Source: Macrostomum lignano (taxonomy: Eukaryota). Taken from it: a stretch of 64,000 bases of DNA. Below, one piece after another: positions 1 through 11,288 of this stretch (position 1 is its first letter; every line of letters starts with the position of its first letter). The position numbers were made by a program, and so were the translations under genes. The stretch covers positions 124,001 through 188,000 of the forward strand of contig NIVC01000215.1 of the NCBI GenBank assembly GCA_002269645.1, in the 5' to 3' direction. The notes below the pieces were generated by a model. That model saw nothing but the letters and a program-made list of their open reading frames with translations, did not search any database and was not told the DNA's origin.

Positions 1-3000
1 GGAGTTCAGGCATTTAGCTGGCAGGACATCCTCAATGTAGAAAACATTGTCTTCGTCCATCTCCATCATGGATGCCCGGCCATATTTAATTTCTTCCTTG
101 ATCATAGTCAGGACGTTCGGGTCGCGATAGTTCGACAAATGCGATTGTCGGCTAAACCGCTCGGTCAGGACGCGTCCGACAGTCCGATTGGCGATCGGGA
201 TTTTCAGGTTCGGCTCTTTGCCCTCCAGCGCCTCCTCCTCGGGCGGGAAGTCCTCGCGATTCACCTGATTGTTTGAAATGAAAATTAAATCAAACAAATG
301 GGTGCTACGAGTAAGCGCCTTCGAATAACTTTATAAATCTGCAAAACGGACTGCTCGCCAAAGTATGGAAGCCACGTGATTGAAACAACCTACAAGGCAT
401 GAAAGCCACGTGAATAAAACAATATGCAAAGCATGGAAGCCAAGTCGCTGAAGCAACCATAAGGCATGGAAGGTATGACACTAAAACAGCCTGAAAAGTA
501 AGTTTAAAATGGCTCGGCTCGATAGAAAATCAAACGCTAGCCGAGGAGGCCAGCTGGAAAAATAAACTGACTGACCTGCTGGTAGGGCAAAAGGCAGAAT
601 ATGGCCAATCCGTAATGAATAAAACCGATGACGCGGCGCCTTGGCAGCACGATAATCAGTAGGAAGAATCGAATAGTGAATTTGCTGTGGTCAAACAGTC
701 TTGGGCACTCGATGTACCGCTGCAGTATAACGCCGTGCCTGCTGGTTGATTTTCCATCCAGCATGTGATAGAAGCACTCAAACTGTTTGACATCAACTAG
801 GAAGTTGATACCGCGACCGTTGCAAAGATAAGCAGGCTTAGTGATGAAGATGGTACCTTTTAGATCTTCGACACGGTGGAAGCGTTCAATAAAGTGCAAC
901 ATAGAGACGTAAGAGTTGATAGTAATAGTCTCCGGTATGAATGCGTACAGGTGCTCGCACACAGGAAGCTTATAGTTAGGACAGTTCGGCACCAAGCAAG
1001 GCTTCAGAGAAAGCGACAAGTTCTGGTGGACGCAAATTCGCCTGGTTACGGAGCGATTCGCTTCGAGATCTAAGCACGATACGTTGGCGTTGTCGCCACA
1101 AAATCGCATCTCACTAGGCTGGGTCTTGCAGGTGAGAGACGGGCTGAGTACGTAGCCCTTCAGCATGTAGTAGAAAGCCTCCTTATCGCTGAAGAAGACG
1201 TCAATGGCTAGTCGATTGATTAAGTAGAAATCTTCGTCAACGGACCGAGTGCCGGCTAGCATGTAGGACCTGCTCGGGTCGTTGACTATGCAGAGCTCGT
1301 TGAGCATCTTCTTAGCCAGACAGGGTCCCAGCCAGAGCAGCGCGATGCTCGATTTCTTTGACGACACATTTCTGTCCAGCATCTCCTTCGATAAACTCCA
1401 GTCGAACACCTTCTCCATGAACAGCTCAACAATGCGATACACTGGCCCGCTTGATCGAAACTTTCTCCGCTTTCGACTGTCCAGCACTAGCAAATTCAGC
1501 AGAGTGTCCGGGTCCGTGCGCGGGTCAATGTAGTTCTTCCAGTCCTTTTCTATGTAGTACCGGCCGTAGTTGATCATGCCGCGCAGCGGTCGCACTTCCG
1601 TAACTTGTTTCAGTAACTTCATTCTATCGTAGCGACAACTGCCAAAGAACGGCAAGTGGTCCAGGCTCTTGTCAAGGTCCTTCTGCTTCTTCGTGCGGTT
1701 CAACGGCGGTTGCCATGTTTTAATCAGCTTTCTTTCCGACTTTCTCCGCGAATGCAATTTGCCTTCGCCCGGCCGGCGAATCCTCGGCGGCAGCGGCTCG
1801 GCCAGCGCGTCGTTCAACAGGCTCTTGCACTTGACGCCGCTTGTTAAGCGAACCTTGCGCACCTCCGGGTCCTCGCTGATTAGGCGCATCTGGGTTAGCT
1901 TGTCGATGCCACCGGTTGGCGGAAGCAGCTGCAGTGGCACCGTACCGTGCATCGGGTCGGTCGAGATGCTGCAGCTCTGCTCCACGGCCTTGCCGCCGCA
2001 GCAGATGGCATTCTGATTGTCGCCGCTCTGCAGCTGGATAAACCGCTGCTGCCAGCTGGCTTGAGGCCTGAAGATTAGTGGTGAGTTCACGAGTTCAAAT
2101 TCAAGGTTAAAATTTTACTTTACCGTTAATTGTACACCAGTGAAATATGTACGCGGCAGTATCAGTTGAAAGAGGAATTGGCGGTGCCCACACAAGTTTC
2201 ATTTTTAGGCATGACTCCATTAGGTATTTCACTTGGGCATCGCAAGCGCCTTCATCCTAGTACTCGAACTTCAGCTTCCTCTGAATCAGAATCTATCAGT
2301 ATGGAAAACTACATGTAGATGGAGAGGTTCACGGTGCCCAGTGTACTACCGATTGGAGAGGTTCCCAGTGCCCAGTGAACTACCGATTGGAGAGGTTCCC
2401 AGTGCCCAGTGAACTACCGATTGGAGAGGTTCCCAGTGCCCAGTGAACTACCGATTGGAGAGGTTCACGGTGCCTAGTGAACTACCGATTGGAGAGGTTC
2501 CCAGTGCCCAGTGAACTACCGATTGGAGAGGTTCACGGTGCCCAGTGAACTACCGATTGGAGAGGTTCACGGTGCCCAGTGAACTACCGATTGGAGAGGT
2601 TCACGGTGCCCAGTGAACTACCGATTGGAGAGGTTCACAGTGCCCAGTGAACTACCGATTGGAGAGGTTCACGGTGCCCAGTGAACTACCGATTGGAGAG
2701 GTTCACGGTGCCCAGTGAACTACCGATTGGAGAGGTTCACGGTGCCCAGTGAACTACCGATTGGAGAGGTTCACGGTGCCCAGTGAACTACCGATTGGAG
2801 AGGTTCACGGTGCCCAGTGAACTACCGATTGGAGAGGTTCACGGTGCCCAGTGAACTACCGATTGGAGAGGTTCACGGTGCCCAGTGAACTACCGATTGG
2901 AGAGGTTCACGGTGCCCAGTGTACTACGACTACCAAATGGAGAGGTTCCCGGTGCCCAGTGAGGGACTTAAAAGGATACCAAAGGAGAAGTTAATCTTGA

Positions 3001-3113
3001 AAAGGCTTCACTCCTTCAGAACTGAAAAGTATTAAATAGAAAATCAACTTTAACCTTGACAGTCGCTCTAGATCTTTCTCCGAGTAGCACTGCTGATTCA
3101 ACGAGATGTACAT
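1..3113 (-). CDS. Tubulin-tyrosine-ligase-like (TTLL family) protein, spliced, 3' end outside window
   Basis: TTL-domain motifs ITKPAYLCNGRGI, ILQRYIECP, KFTIRFFLLI in ORF 537-2090. Donor CAG|GTCAGT at 576/575 and acceptor CAG|GTG at 265/264 join phase 0 to exon 264-1 (VNREDF...SHLSNYRD...), open to the window edge. Main exon probably starts at 2067 (ttcag|G). A candidate first exon 3113-3055 (MYISLNQQ...LSR) is phase-compatible but less certain. Subfamily not assigned. Confidence 0.8.
360..492. repeat. Degenerate ~34-bp tandem repeat (~4 copies) in TTLL intron
   Basis: Recurring (g)catg(g/a)aagcca(c)gt..tgaa(a/g)caa units. Confidence 0.5.
2318..2962. repeat. 34-bp minisatellite, ~19 copies
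   Basis: Unit GATTGGAGAGGTTCACGGTGCCCAGTGAACTACC, contiguous with no spacers; internal dyad GTTCAC-N8-GTGAAC. Confidence 0.97.
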
Positions 3114-3751
3114 TGAATTGTTGACTTGTCTTCCAGCTGACTTATGTGCTATATTTTTAGTGGCTCTTAGTTTATCTTCTCTCGATGGCTCAGATCTTTT
3201 CAAAATTAACTATAGCTTAAATTAACCGTGTGTATTGCCGAGTTTCACAAAGTTTGTAAGCTGAACCATAGACGCTTACTTAGTCAACTGTTTAGTGTAG
3301 CATGAATGAATAATGCAATAATCAGTGTATTTATTATTTATAATAATGCCAATAGTTTGAATTGACACGATGGAGCGTAAAGACAAATGATCGAAGTAAA
3401 ATCGAATTTATCGTATTGTAAGTAAAAAATTGAAGCAATCAAAAATACCTAATTACCTACCTGATCAAAAAATCAATTACAATCACTAATAGATGAAATC
3501 TCAGATCAAGCAATAGACGAAGAAAATGTAAAAAAATTGTTAATGAAGCAGACTTCTTAGTTGGAAATTTGATAATGAAAGTAAGCGCCATGATTTATAG
3601 AAAATAATACAAGTAACAGCAACTTTTATCCCAGAGAAGTAGCTAATTCACTTCCGAGTCATTATTATTGTTATTGCATATAGTTTTTAATTCCAAAACA
3701 TGTCACTGCAACTCGCTCGTCTTGTTCATAGATAGGTATTTAGAGGCAAGC

Positions 3752-4186
3752 ACCTGTTACACAGGGGATTTGACACGCCTGTTACACAGGGGATTTGACA
3801 CGCCTGTTACACAGGGGATTTGACACACCTGTTACACAGGGGATTTGACACACCTGTTACACAGGGGATTTGACACACCTGTTACACAGGGGATTTGACA
3901 CACCTGTTACACAGGGGATTTGACACACCTGTTACACAGGGGATTTGACACGCCTGTTACACAGGGGATTTGACACACCTGTTACACAGGGGATTTGACA
4001 CGCCTGTTACACAGGGGATTTGACACGCCTGTTACACAGGGGATTTGACACACCTGTTACACAGGGGATTTGACACACCTGTTACACAGGGGATTTGACA
4101 CACCTGTTACACAGGGGATTTGACACGCCTGTTACACAGGGGATTTGACACACCTGTTACACAGGGGATTTGACCACACCTGTTAC
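3752..4186. repeat. 25-bp minisatellite, ~17 copies
   Basis: Unit (A/G)CCTGTTACACAGGGGATTTGACAC; internal dyad CCTGT-TAC-ACAGG. Confidence 0.97.
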
Positions 4187-4253
4187 ATTCAGTAGCCTTC
4201 ACAATTAGGCACATAAGCCGACAGTCAAATACATACTAACCTATCCCCTCTCC

Positions 4254-6069
4254 CTACTGGTCCATCCGTTTGAATCCGTGCAGCTCCGGCCGCACCAGGT
4301 GCTGATGCACACAGCGAATAAGATGATCCAACTGGTGCCTCAGCGGCTCCGGACCGCAGCCAGGGGAGCCGACAATCTCCGAGTACCATTTGAGCTTCGG
4401 CTCTGTGCCGCTAGTACGCAGAGTCACCGTGGCCGTGGCACCGTCGGTGACGCCAACTGGCCGGCAGACCAGGGTGAGCATCTCGCCGCCAGAGCTTGCC
4501 GGGAAAACGCAGCGCCTGTCCGGTTGGCCGGAATCGAAACCGAGCGACACGTCGCGTACAGAAAGTACATCGTAGGCTTTGGGCGGATCGGCGTGATCAA
4601 TGCCAGGCAGCTGGGTAGGGTAGGCCGGGTCCCGCATAGCGGCAAACATTGCCTTGGTCTCCGTTGGGTCGTGCGCAAAGAAATAGCCATTGTTGGTCAC
4701 GTGCCAGCCGTATTCGGCGTAGATTTCGGCCAGCTTTGCCGCCAGGGTTTTGCCCTCCGAGTAGACTCGATTTACCTGCAGTTGGCGGATGGCCGAATGA
4801 AGCTCTGGGCTTTTAGTGCTGAGCTGGTTTTTAATCATCGAATTCTTCTCTGTGAGGTAGCCTCATGAATTCTTCATCTCAGCATGAGATCTAGCAGAAG
4901 CTTAAAAAAACTGAGCATGAGATCTAGCATAATCTTATGAAATCTCAGCATGAGATCTAGCAGAAGATTATGAAATCTCAGCAGGAGATATAGCAGATGA
5001 TTATGAAATCTCAGCATGAGATCTAGCATAATCTTATGAAATCTCAGCATGAGATCTAGCAGAAGCTTATAAAATCTCAGCATGAGATCTAGCATAATCT
5101 TATGAAATCTCAGCATGAGATCTAGCAGAAGATTATGAAATCTCAGCATGAGATCTAGCATAATCTTATGAAATCTCAGCATGAGATCTAGCAGAAGCTT
5201 ATAAAATCTCAGCATGAGATCTAGCATAATCTTATGAAATCTCAGCATGAGATCTAGCAGAAGCTTATGAAATCTCAGCATGAGATCTAGCAGAAGCTTA
5301 TGAAATCTCAGCATGAGTTATAACAGAAGATTATGAAATCTCAGCATGAGATATAGCAGAAGATTATGAAATCTCAGCATGAAATCTAGCAGAAGCTTAT
5401 GAAACCTCAGCATGAGATCTAGCAGAAGACTATGAAATCTTACCTTGAGATGACAAACCTATCAAATCTCACTCCAAGATAAAAAACTCTAAAATCTTAC
5501 ACTGAGATAGCAAAACTCCAAAATCTCACAGTGAGATAGCAAAACTTCAAAATTTTACCTTAAGCTAACAAAACGATAATATTATATATATATGAAATGA
5601 CACCTTCAGATACAGAGACCTATTGAATATCATCTTGAGATAGCACAGAAAATCTGTATGCATAAAAAACCTAACAAAGACTCAGAGAAACAAAGCTCAC
5701 CAACTCCGCGCAGACGGCTGCGGCGCTGACTCCGTCTTTGTCCAGCACGGCGGAGCCGCACATGAAACCGATGGCCTCCTCGAAGGCGAACACAACCTGC
5801 TGGCCGGCTCCCAGCAGCCTGTGCGCCTCGTTGCCCATGTACTTAAACCCGGTGAGCGTCTCGTGCACCTGGGCGCCTTCCCGTCTGGCCAGGGCGGCCA
5901 GAATGCGAGATGACACCGTGCTGAACAGCATGTGCTGCGATTCGGCTGGCATTTGCGGGTGCCGCCGCTTGAATGACGTCAGGCACCACCAGCCCAGCAG
6001 GGCGGCCGTCTCGTTGCCGGTGAACACGCGCCAGGGCCTGCAAGATTTAGTCGCTTTCTGGGTTAGTTA

Positions 6070-6120
<51 letters not shown>

Positions 6121-6319
6121 GCCTGTATGTCTGCCTGTCTGTCTGTCTGCCTGTCTGTCTGCCTGTCTGTCTGCCTGTCTGTCTGCCAGTCTGTCTGTCT
6201 GCCTGTCTGTCTGTCTGCCTGTCTGTCTGCCTGTCTGTCTGTCTGCCTGTCTGTCTGTCTGCCTGTCTGTCTGTCTGTCTGCCTGTCTGTCTGTCTGCCT
6301 GTCTGTCTGTCTGCCTGCC

Positions 6320-6398
<79 letters not shown>

Positions 6399-9300
6399 AT
6401 GTCTGCTGCATGCCTGCCTGCCAAGCTGTCTCTTTGTCTCTGTCTGCCTGCCTGTCAATCAATCTTATTCGTCTGCAATATTAAATATGTATCATAAACT
6501 GATGTGCAATTTTGAATTAGTACAGTTAACCAATGGATATCAGTGTATTTATTTATCTGTCCAGCCATCGATTCGTCAATCAATCAATAAGTGTCAAACT
6601 AGATGCAGCCGCGGGCCTACCTGGGCGCGCTAGCCCCGGCGTCGACAACCTCGGCCACGGCCAGGCGGTCGGCATCGGGATCGTTGGCCAGAATCACCGG
6701 GCAGCCCTCCTTATCGGCTAGCCGGCAAGCCAAGTCCAAGCAGCTGCGACCCTCCTCGGGATTCGGGAATCGAACCGTAGGAAATTCGGGATCTGGCCAA
6801 GCCTGTTCCGGCACGGAAATAAGGAAATTGTCTGGGAAACCAAAACTGGACATCAGGCTGGTGACGTAGCGAGTGCCGACTCCGTGCATAGCTGTGTACA
6901 CAACCCGGACAGGGCAGGCCGAGTTGGCCTGGGTGCCATTGTAGCGCAGCTGCTCAGTCTGGGCCTCGTAGTAGGCGGCCTGCATCTCAGCAAGCGGATC
7001 CACCACCTGATCGCCGTCGTGCTTCAGCTGCCAGGTAGATAAGGATGCATTTATTGTCTCATCATACACAGGTAGACAAGGGCTGTTTTTATTGCCTCAT
7101 CATACACAGGTAGATAATGGCTGTTTTTATTGTCTCATCATACACAGGTAGACAAGGGCTGTTTTTATTGTCTTATCATACACAGGTAGATAATGGCTGT
7201 TTTTATTGTTTCATCATACACAGGTAGATAATGGCTGTTTTTATTGCCTCATCATACACAGGTAGATAATGGCTTGCTTTTATTGTCTTATCATACACAG
7301 GTAGATAAAAGATACTTTCTTTACCTCATCATACACAGGTAGATAAAAGATACTTTCTTTACCTCATCATACACAGGTAGATAATAGCTGTTTTTATTGC
7401 CCCATCAAACAGGTAGATAATGGCTGTTTTTATTGCCCAATCAAACAGCTAATGACTGCTTTTATTGCTCCATCGTACACAAGAAGGCTGATGAAATATT
7501 ACGAGAATTCCTATAATGAAATAACTGAAAATACTATCAGCTACTCACATCATCAAAGTCGTAGGAGAACTCCCAAGGCTTCAGATTCGCTATAATAGCG
7601 TCAGCAATTCCGCGATCGTGGGCGACTTAATCTGGGCGCCGTTGTCCCAGTAGACCTTGTAGCCATTATCCTCCTTGGGATTGTGTGACGCCGTTACCAT
7701 AACGCCGGCTGCGGCGCCGAGGCGGCGAATTGCAAACGGCACAAATGGAGTCGGGGTGACGGCTGAGTACAGGTAAACCTGTGCGGCAGAAGACGGGTTC
7801 GTGATTGTCAAATGAAAACTGTTTCATTGATTTCGATTGACTAACCGACCACTCTCAGACATAATCATTAATTAATAGACTCCAACATCATTTATGACAG
7901 ACTTCAACATCATTTATGACAGACAGACTCCAGCATCATTTATGACAGACACACTTTAAAATCATTTATGACAGACTCCAACATCATTTATGACAGACTC
8001 CAACATCATTTATGACAGACAGACTCCAACATCATTTATGACAGACACACTTTAACATCATTTATGACAAACTCCAACATCATTTATGACAGACACACTT
8101 TAACATCATTTATGACAAACTCCAACATCATTTATGACAGACAGACTCCAACATCATTTATGACAGACAAACTTCAACATCAGTTATGACAGACAAACTC
8201 CAACATCAGTTATGACAGACTCCAACATCAGTTATGACAGACAGACTCCAACATCATTTATGACAGACAGACTCCAACATCATTTATGACAAACAGACTC
8301 CAACATCATTTATGACAGACAAACTCCAACATCAGTTATGACAGACTCCAACATCAGTTATGACAGACTCCAACATCAGTTATGACAAACTCCAACATCA
8401 GTTATGACAGACTCCAACATCAGTTATGACAGACTCCAACATCATTAATGACAGACAGACTCCAACATCATTTGACAGACAGACTTCATCATTATGACAG
8501 ACAGACTCCATCATTATGACAGACAGACTCCAACATCAGTTATGACAGACAGACTCCAACATCATTTATGACAGACAAACTCCAACATCAGTTATGACAA
8601 ACTCCAACATCAGTTATGACAGACAGACTCCAACATCAGTTATGACAGACTCCAACATCATTTATGACAGACAGACTCCAACATCATTTGACAGACAGAC
8701 TCCATCATTATGACAGACAGACTCCATCATTATGACAGACAGACTCCATCATTATGACAGACAGACTCCAACATCAGTTATGGCAGACAGACTCCAACAT
8801 CAGTTATGACAGACAGACTCCAACATCAGTTACGACAAGCAGACTGAAGCAGCATCTGATATTGATAGTGGATATTATAATATAGCAGCTGTTTTGCTAT
8901 CTATCTATGCACAGGATACAATAACCTCATTGAAAAATGAAAACATACCTTCACACCTTTCCGACGGAATATGTTGGCAGTAAGTCGGGCCCACCGATCC
9001 GAATGGTGCCTGCCATCGAAGCCAACAACAATGCTGCGTTTGGTAAGGTCCGGGAACTGGGCCTAGTTGGAGATGTAAGATCCGGAGAATTAGATCGCCA
9101 TCATGATAGTGGATTAAGGTACAATACTCCGGCCCGCGGTCCACATGCGGCCAATAAAGCCTCTCTATCCGGCTCTCAGATCCTTTGAACATCATAATGG
9201 CAATCCGGCCCCGCTCAAGGTATCTTCTCAGCTTTCTTATACATGCTCTCTCCCCTCTTCTCTCGATTCTCTCCCATGAAATTGTCTCTCTCTCTATGAA

Positions 9301-10026
9301 ATTCTCTCCCATGAAAATGATGAACTCATTTTTCTCCTCTCTACCTCTTCTCTCGTTTCTATGCTCTCCTCTCTCCTGTCATCTTCTCTCATTTCATCTC
9401 TTATCTTATCTATCTTCTCTTCGCCTCTCCCTTCTTTTCTTTTTCCTCTCTCCTCCTATCTCTCTCGCCTTTCCTCTCTTCTCTTCTCTCTCATCTCCTA
9501 TTTCCTCTTCTTTCTCTATTCTATTCCCTCTTCTCTCCTCTCTCATCCGGCCTGCAGCTATTAGCAAGTTTCTTTACCGACCCCTGCTCTATATGAATGT
9601 GTGCCAATATATGTATTGTTGCTGCCTGCTGCCAACTTTAGGAGTTAATGAGAGTTTAGGAGCTGGCTGCAAGCTGACTAGGCCAATTGTCTCGATTTGC
9701 AAGAATCAGCATTTTGTAAAAAACCTACCTGTAGCAAACACTTTAGTTAACATTATAGATAGTGAGGCAAGAAGGCAAGATCTGCTTACCTGCATGTAGC
9801 TAAAAAGGCCTTGGCCAGTCTGCACCAGTGTTAGATCATTCATGCAGGCAAAGCCAGCCCCAATGCGGGCTCGCAACCCAGCTGTACCAAATTCCATACG
9901 GTTAAGCAGTCGCTTGGCTAGATCAGCTGGGCTACTCTGAGCTAAGTTTATTAGTTCATTGCGAAAAGTGACATTCTGCTCAAGCAGGATATATTCATCA
10001 AAAGCTAGTTTTAATTTGCTATCCAT
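4254..10026 (-). CDS. PGM2: Phosphoglucomutase-2 / phosphopentomutase, 6 coding exons
   Basis: Exons 10026-9790 (MEFGTAGLR), 9062-8949 (IVVGFDGRH), 7778-7549 ([16 protein letters not shown], active-site Ser), 7027-6621 ([22 protein letters not shown] metal loop), 6037-5701 (ETLTGFK, FEEAIG, DKDG), 4775-4254 ([14 protein letters not shown]). All introns GT-AG with compatible phases. One apparent -1 nt frameshift at ~7620-7622. Confidence 0.93.
4874..5440. repeat. 33-bp minisatellite, ~17 copies, PGM2 intron 5
   Basis: Unit ATCTCAGCATGAGATCTAGCAGAAGCTTATGAA with variants; dyad ATCTCA-GCA-TGAGAT. Confidence 0.95.
6070..6456. repeat. (TCTG/GCCT)n tetranucleotide microsatellite, PGM2 intron 4
   Basis: Direct reading; source of the spurious RQTD/CLSV ORFs. 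Confidence 0.97.
7033..7460. repeat. 38-bp minisatellite, ~10 copies, PGM2 intron 3
   Basis: Unit TCATCATACACAGGTAGATAATGGCTGTTTTTATTG(T/C)C; abuts the exon 4 acceptor. Confidence 0.9.
7872..8842. repeat. 22/26-bp variant minisatellite, PGM2 intron 2
   Basis: Units (GACA)1-2GACTCCAACATCA(T/G)TTAT, length varying by one GACA block. Confidence 0.93.
9243..9546. repeat. CT-rich low-complexity tract, PGM2 intron 1
   Basis: Polypyrimidine tract on + strand. Confidence 0.85.
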
Positions 10027-11288
10027 GTTTTGCATTGCCTGCAAGAATTATAAGTATAGATGAGCCATCATGCAGTTAAAAAGGTATAATATAACAAATT
10101 TTCTAGTAAATATTTTGTTTTTAAAGTTAAGCCTAAGGATGCTATTAGTGAGGAAATTTAATATTCACTCTTTCAAGAAAAAATCAATTATAAAAAATAA
10201 TTTTATAATTTTATAATTTAACTATTAATGATATTAACTGTTTAAAAACTGTTTTTAATAAAATTAAGCTGATTAATAATATTAGTTGAGGCTTATTCTT
10301 GAGATATTACAAGTATAAATCTACAAAAATTTTGAGGGTCAGTATAGCCCTATGCCCCAGATCTGTCATTGAACAATACTAATATAGTAATAACATACTG
10401 ATAGGCCCAATGTTAGTATAAAAGTACACTTTTATTATAGCTATCTAATAATTAGGCATATAAATCATAAAAAATTATAGCAGCATTGTGGCAAATTTGT
10501 ATTAAGAGAATTTGTAAATTAAACAATAACCAATGGTTTACATTTTTCTTTAATTACTTAAATATTACCAAAGAATAACAAAAGTTTTGTTACAAAACTA
10601 AAACCCTAAGTGCCTAACTTAGCTAACAAAAGTATTTTATAATCCTATTAGCATTTTGTTAGGCTAAAATTTATTGCACACAAATTTTAAATAAAAATCT
10701 GATTTAATAACTGCCTGTTATATAGTGTAGAAAAATAACAGCTACTATTATTTTTGAACATACTAAAGTTAATTATTACTTCAATGTGTGAACAATAAAA
10801 CAACTTGAAATATTTGATAGCTACACCTATTGTAGTACAAGAAGCTTTTCATAGTTGGTCATATGTAATTAATATTGGATTGGTAGGCATGGCGTAATAT
10901 CAATTTAAAAATAAGGGAATGGTGATGCCATACAGACCAGAAAAGACTAAATCGATTTATTCTACATGGATGATGGCCGATAGAAAGTTTCGTCAAGATT
11001 GGTGAGGCAGAAGTACCTGTACTCGAATATCAATATGAATTTTTGGAGTCACATACGTATGTATTTTAAATGGAACACATCGAAAATCGCTCCCGCTCAA
11101 AGCCAAAGTTACATATCGAGCTGAAACTTGACCAATAGTCGTTTCACGGTTGCAGTTTACTCTGTGTAAAGTTTCATGCTACGGATTGCATTTAGTATTT
11201 TGTTTTTGCTAAAATTCGAATATCAATGCGGATATCAATGGGGAAACAAATGCGTTCATCATGATGATAAGATGAATAAACCGCGGTA

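Noticed and set aside
2318-2962. CRISPR-like array (34-bp palindromic repeat)
   Set aside because: Units are contiguous with no unique spacers, there are no cas genes, and the context is a eukaryotic intron or intergenic region. The same applies to the 25- and 33-bp arrays.
4874-5314. 146-aa [11 protein letters not shown] repeat ORF
   Set aside because: Translation of the 33-bp intronic minisatellite.
5738-6633. RQTD/CLSV repeat ORFs
   Set aside because: Translation of the (TCTG)n microsatellite and the antisense of PGM2 exons.
8905-9312. 135-aa ORF as a separate gene
   Set aside because: It overlaps PGM2 exon 2 in the wrong frame; the real exon is 9062-8949.
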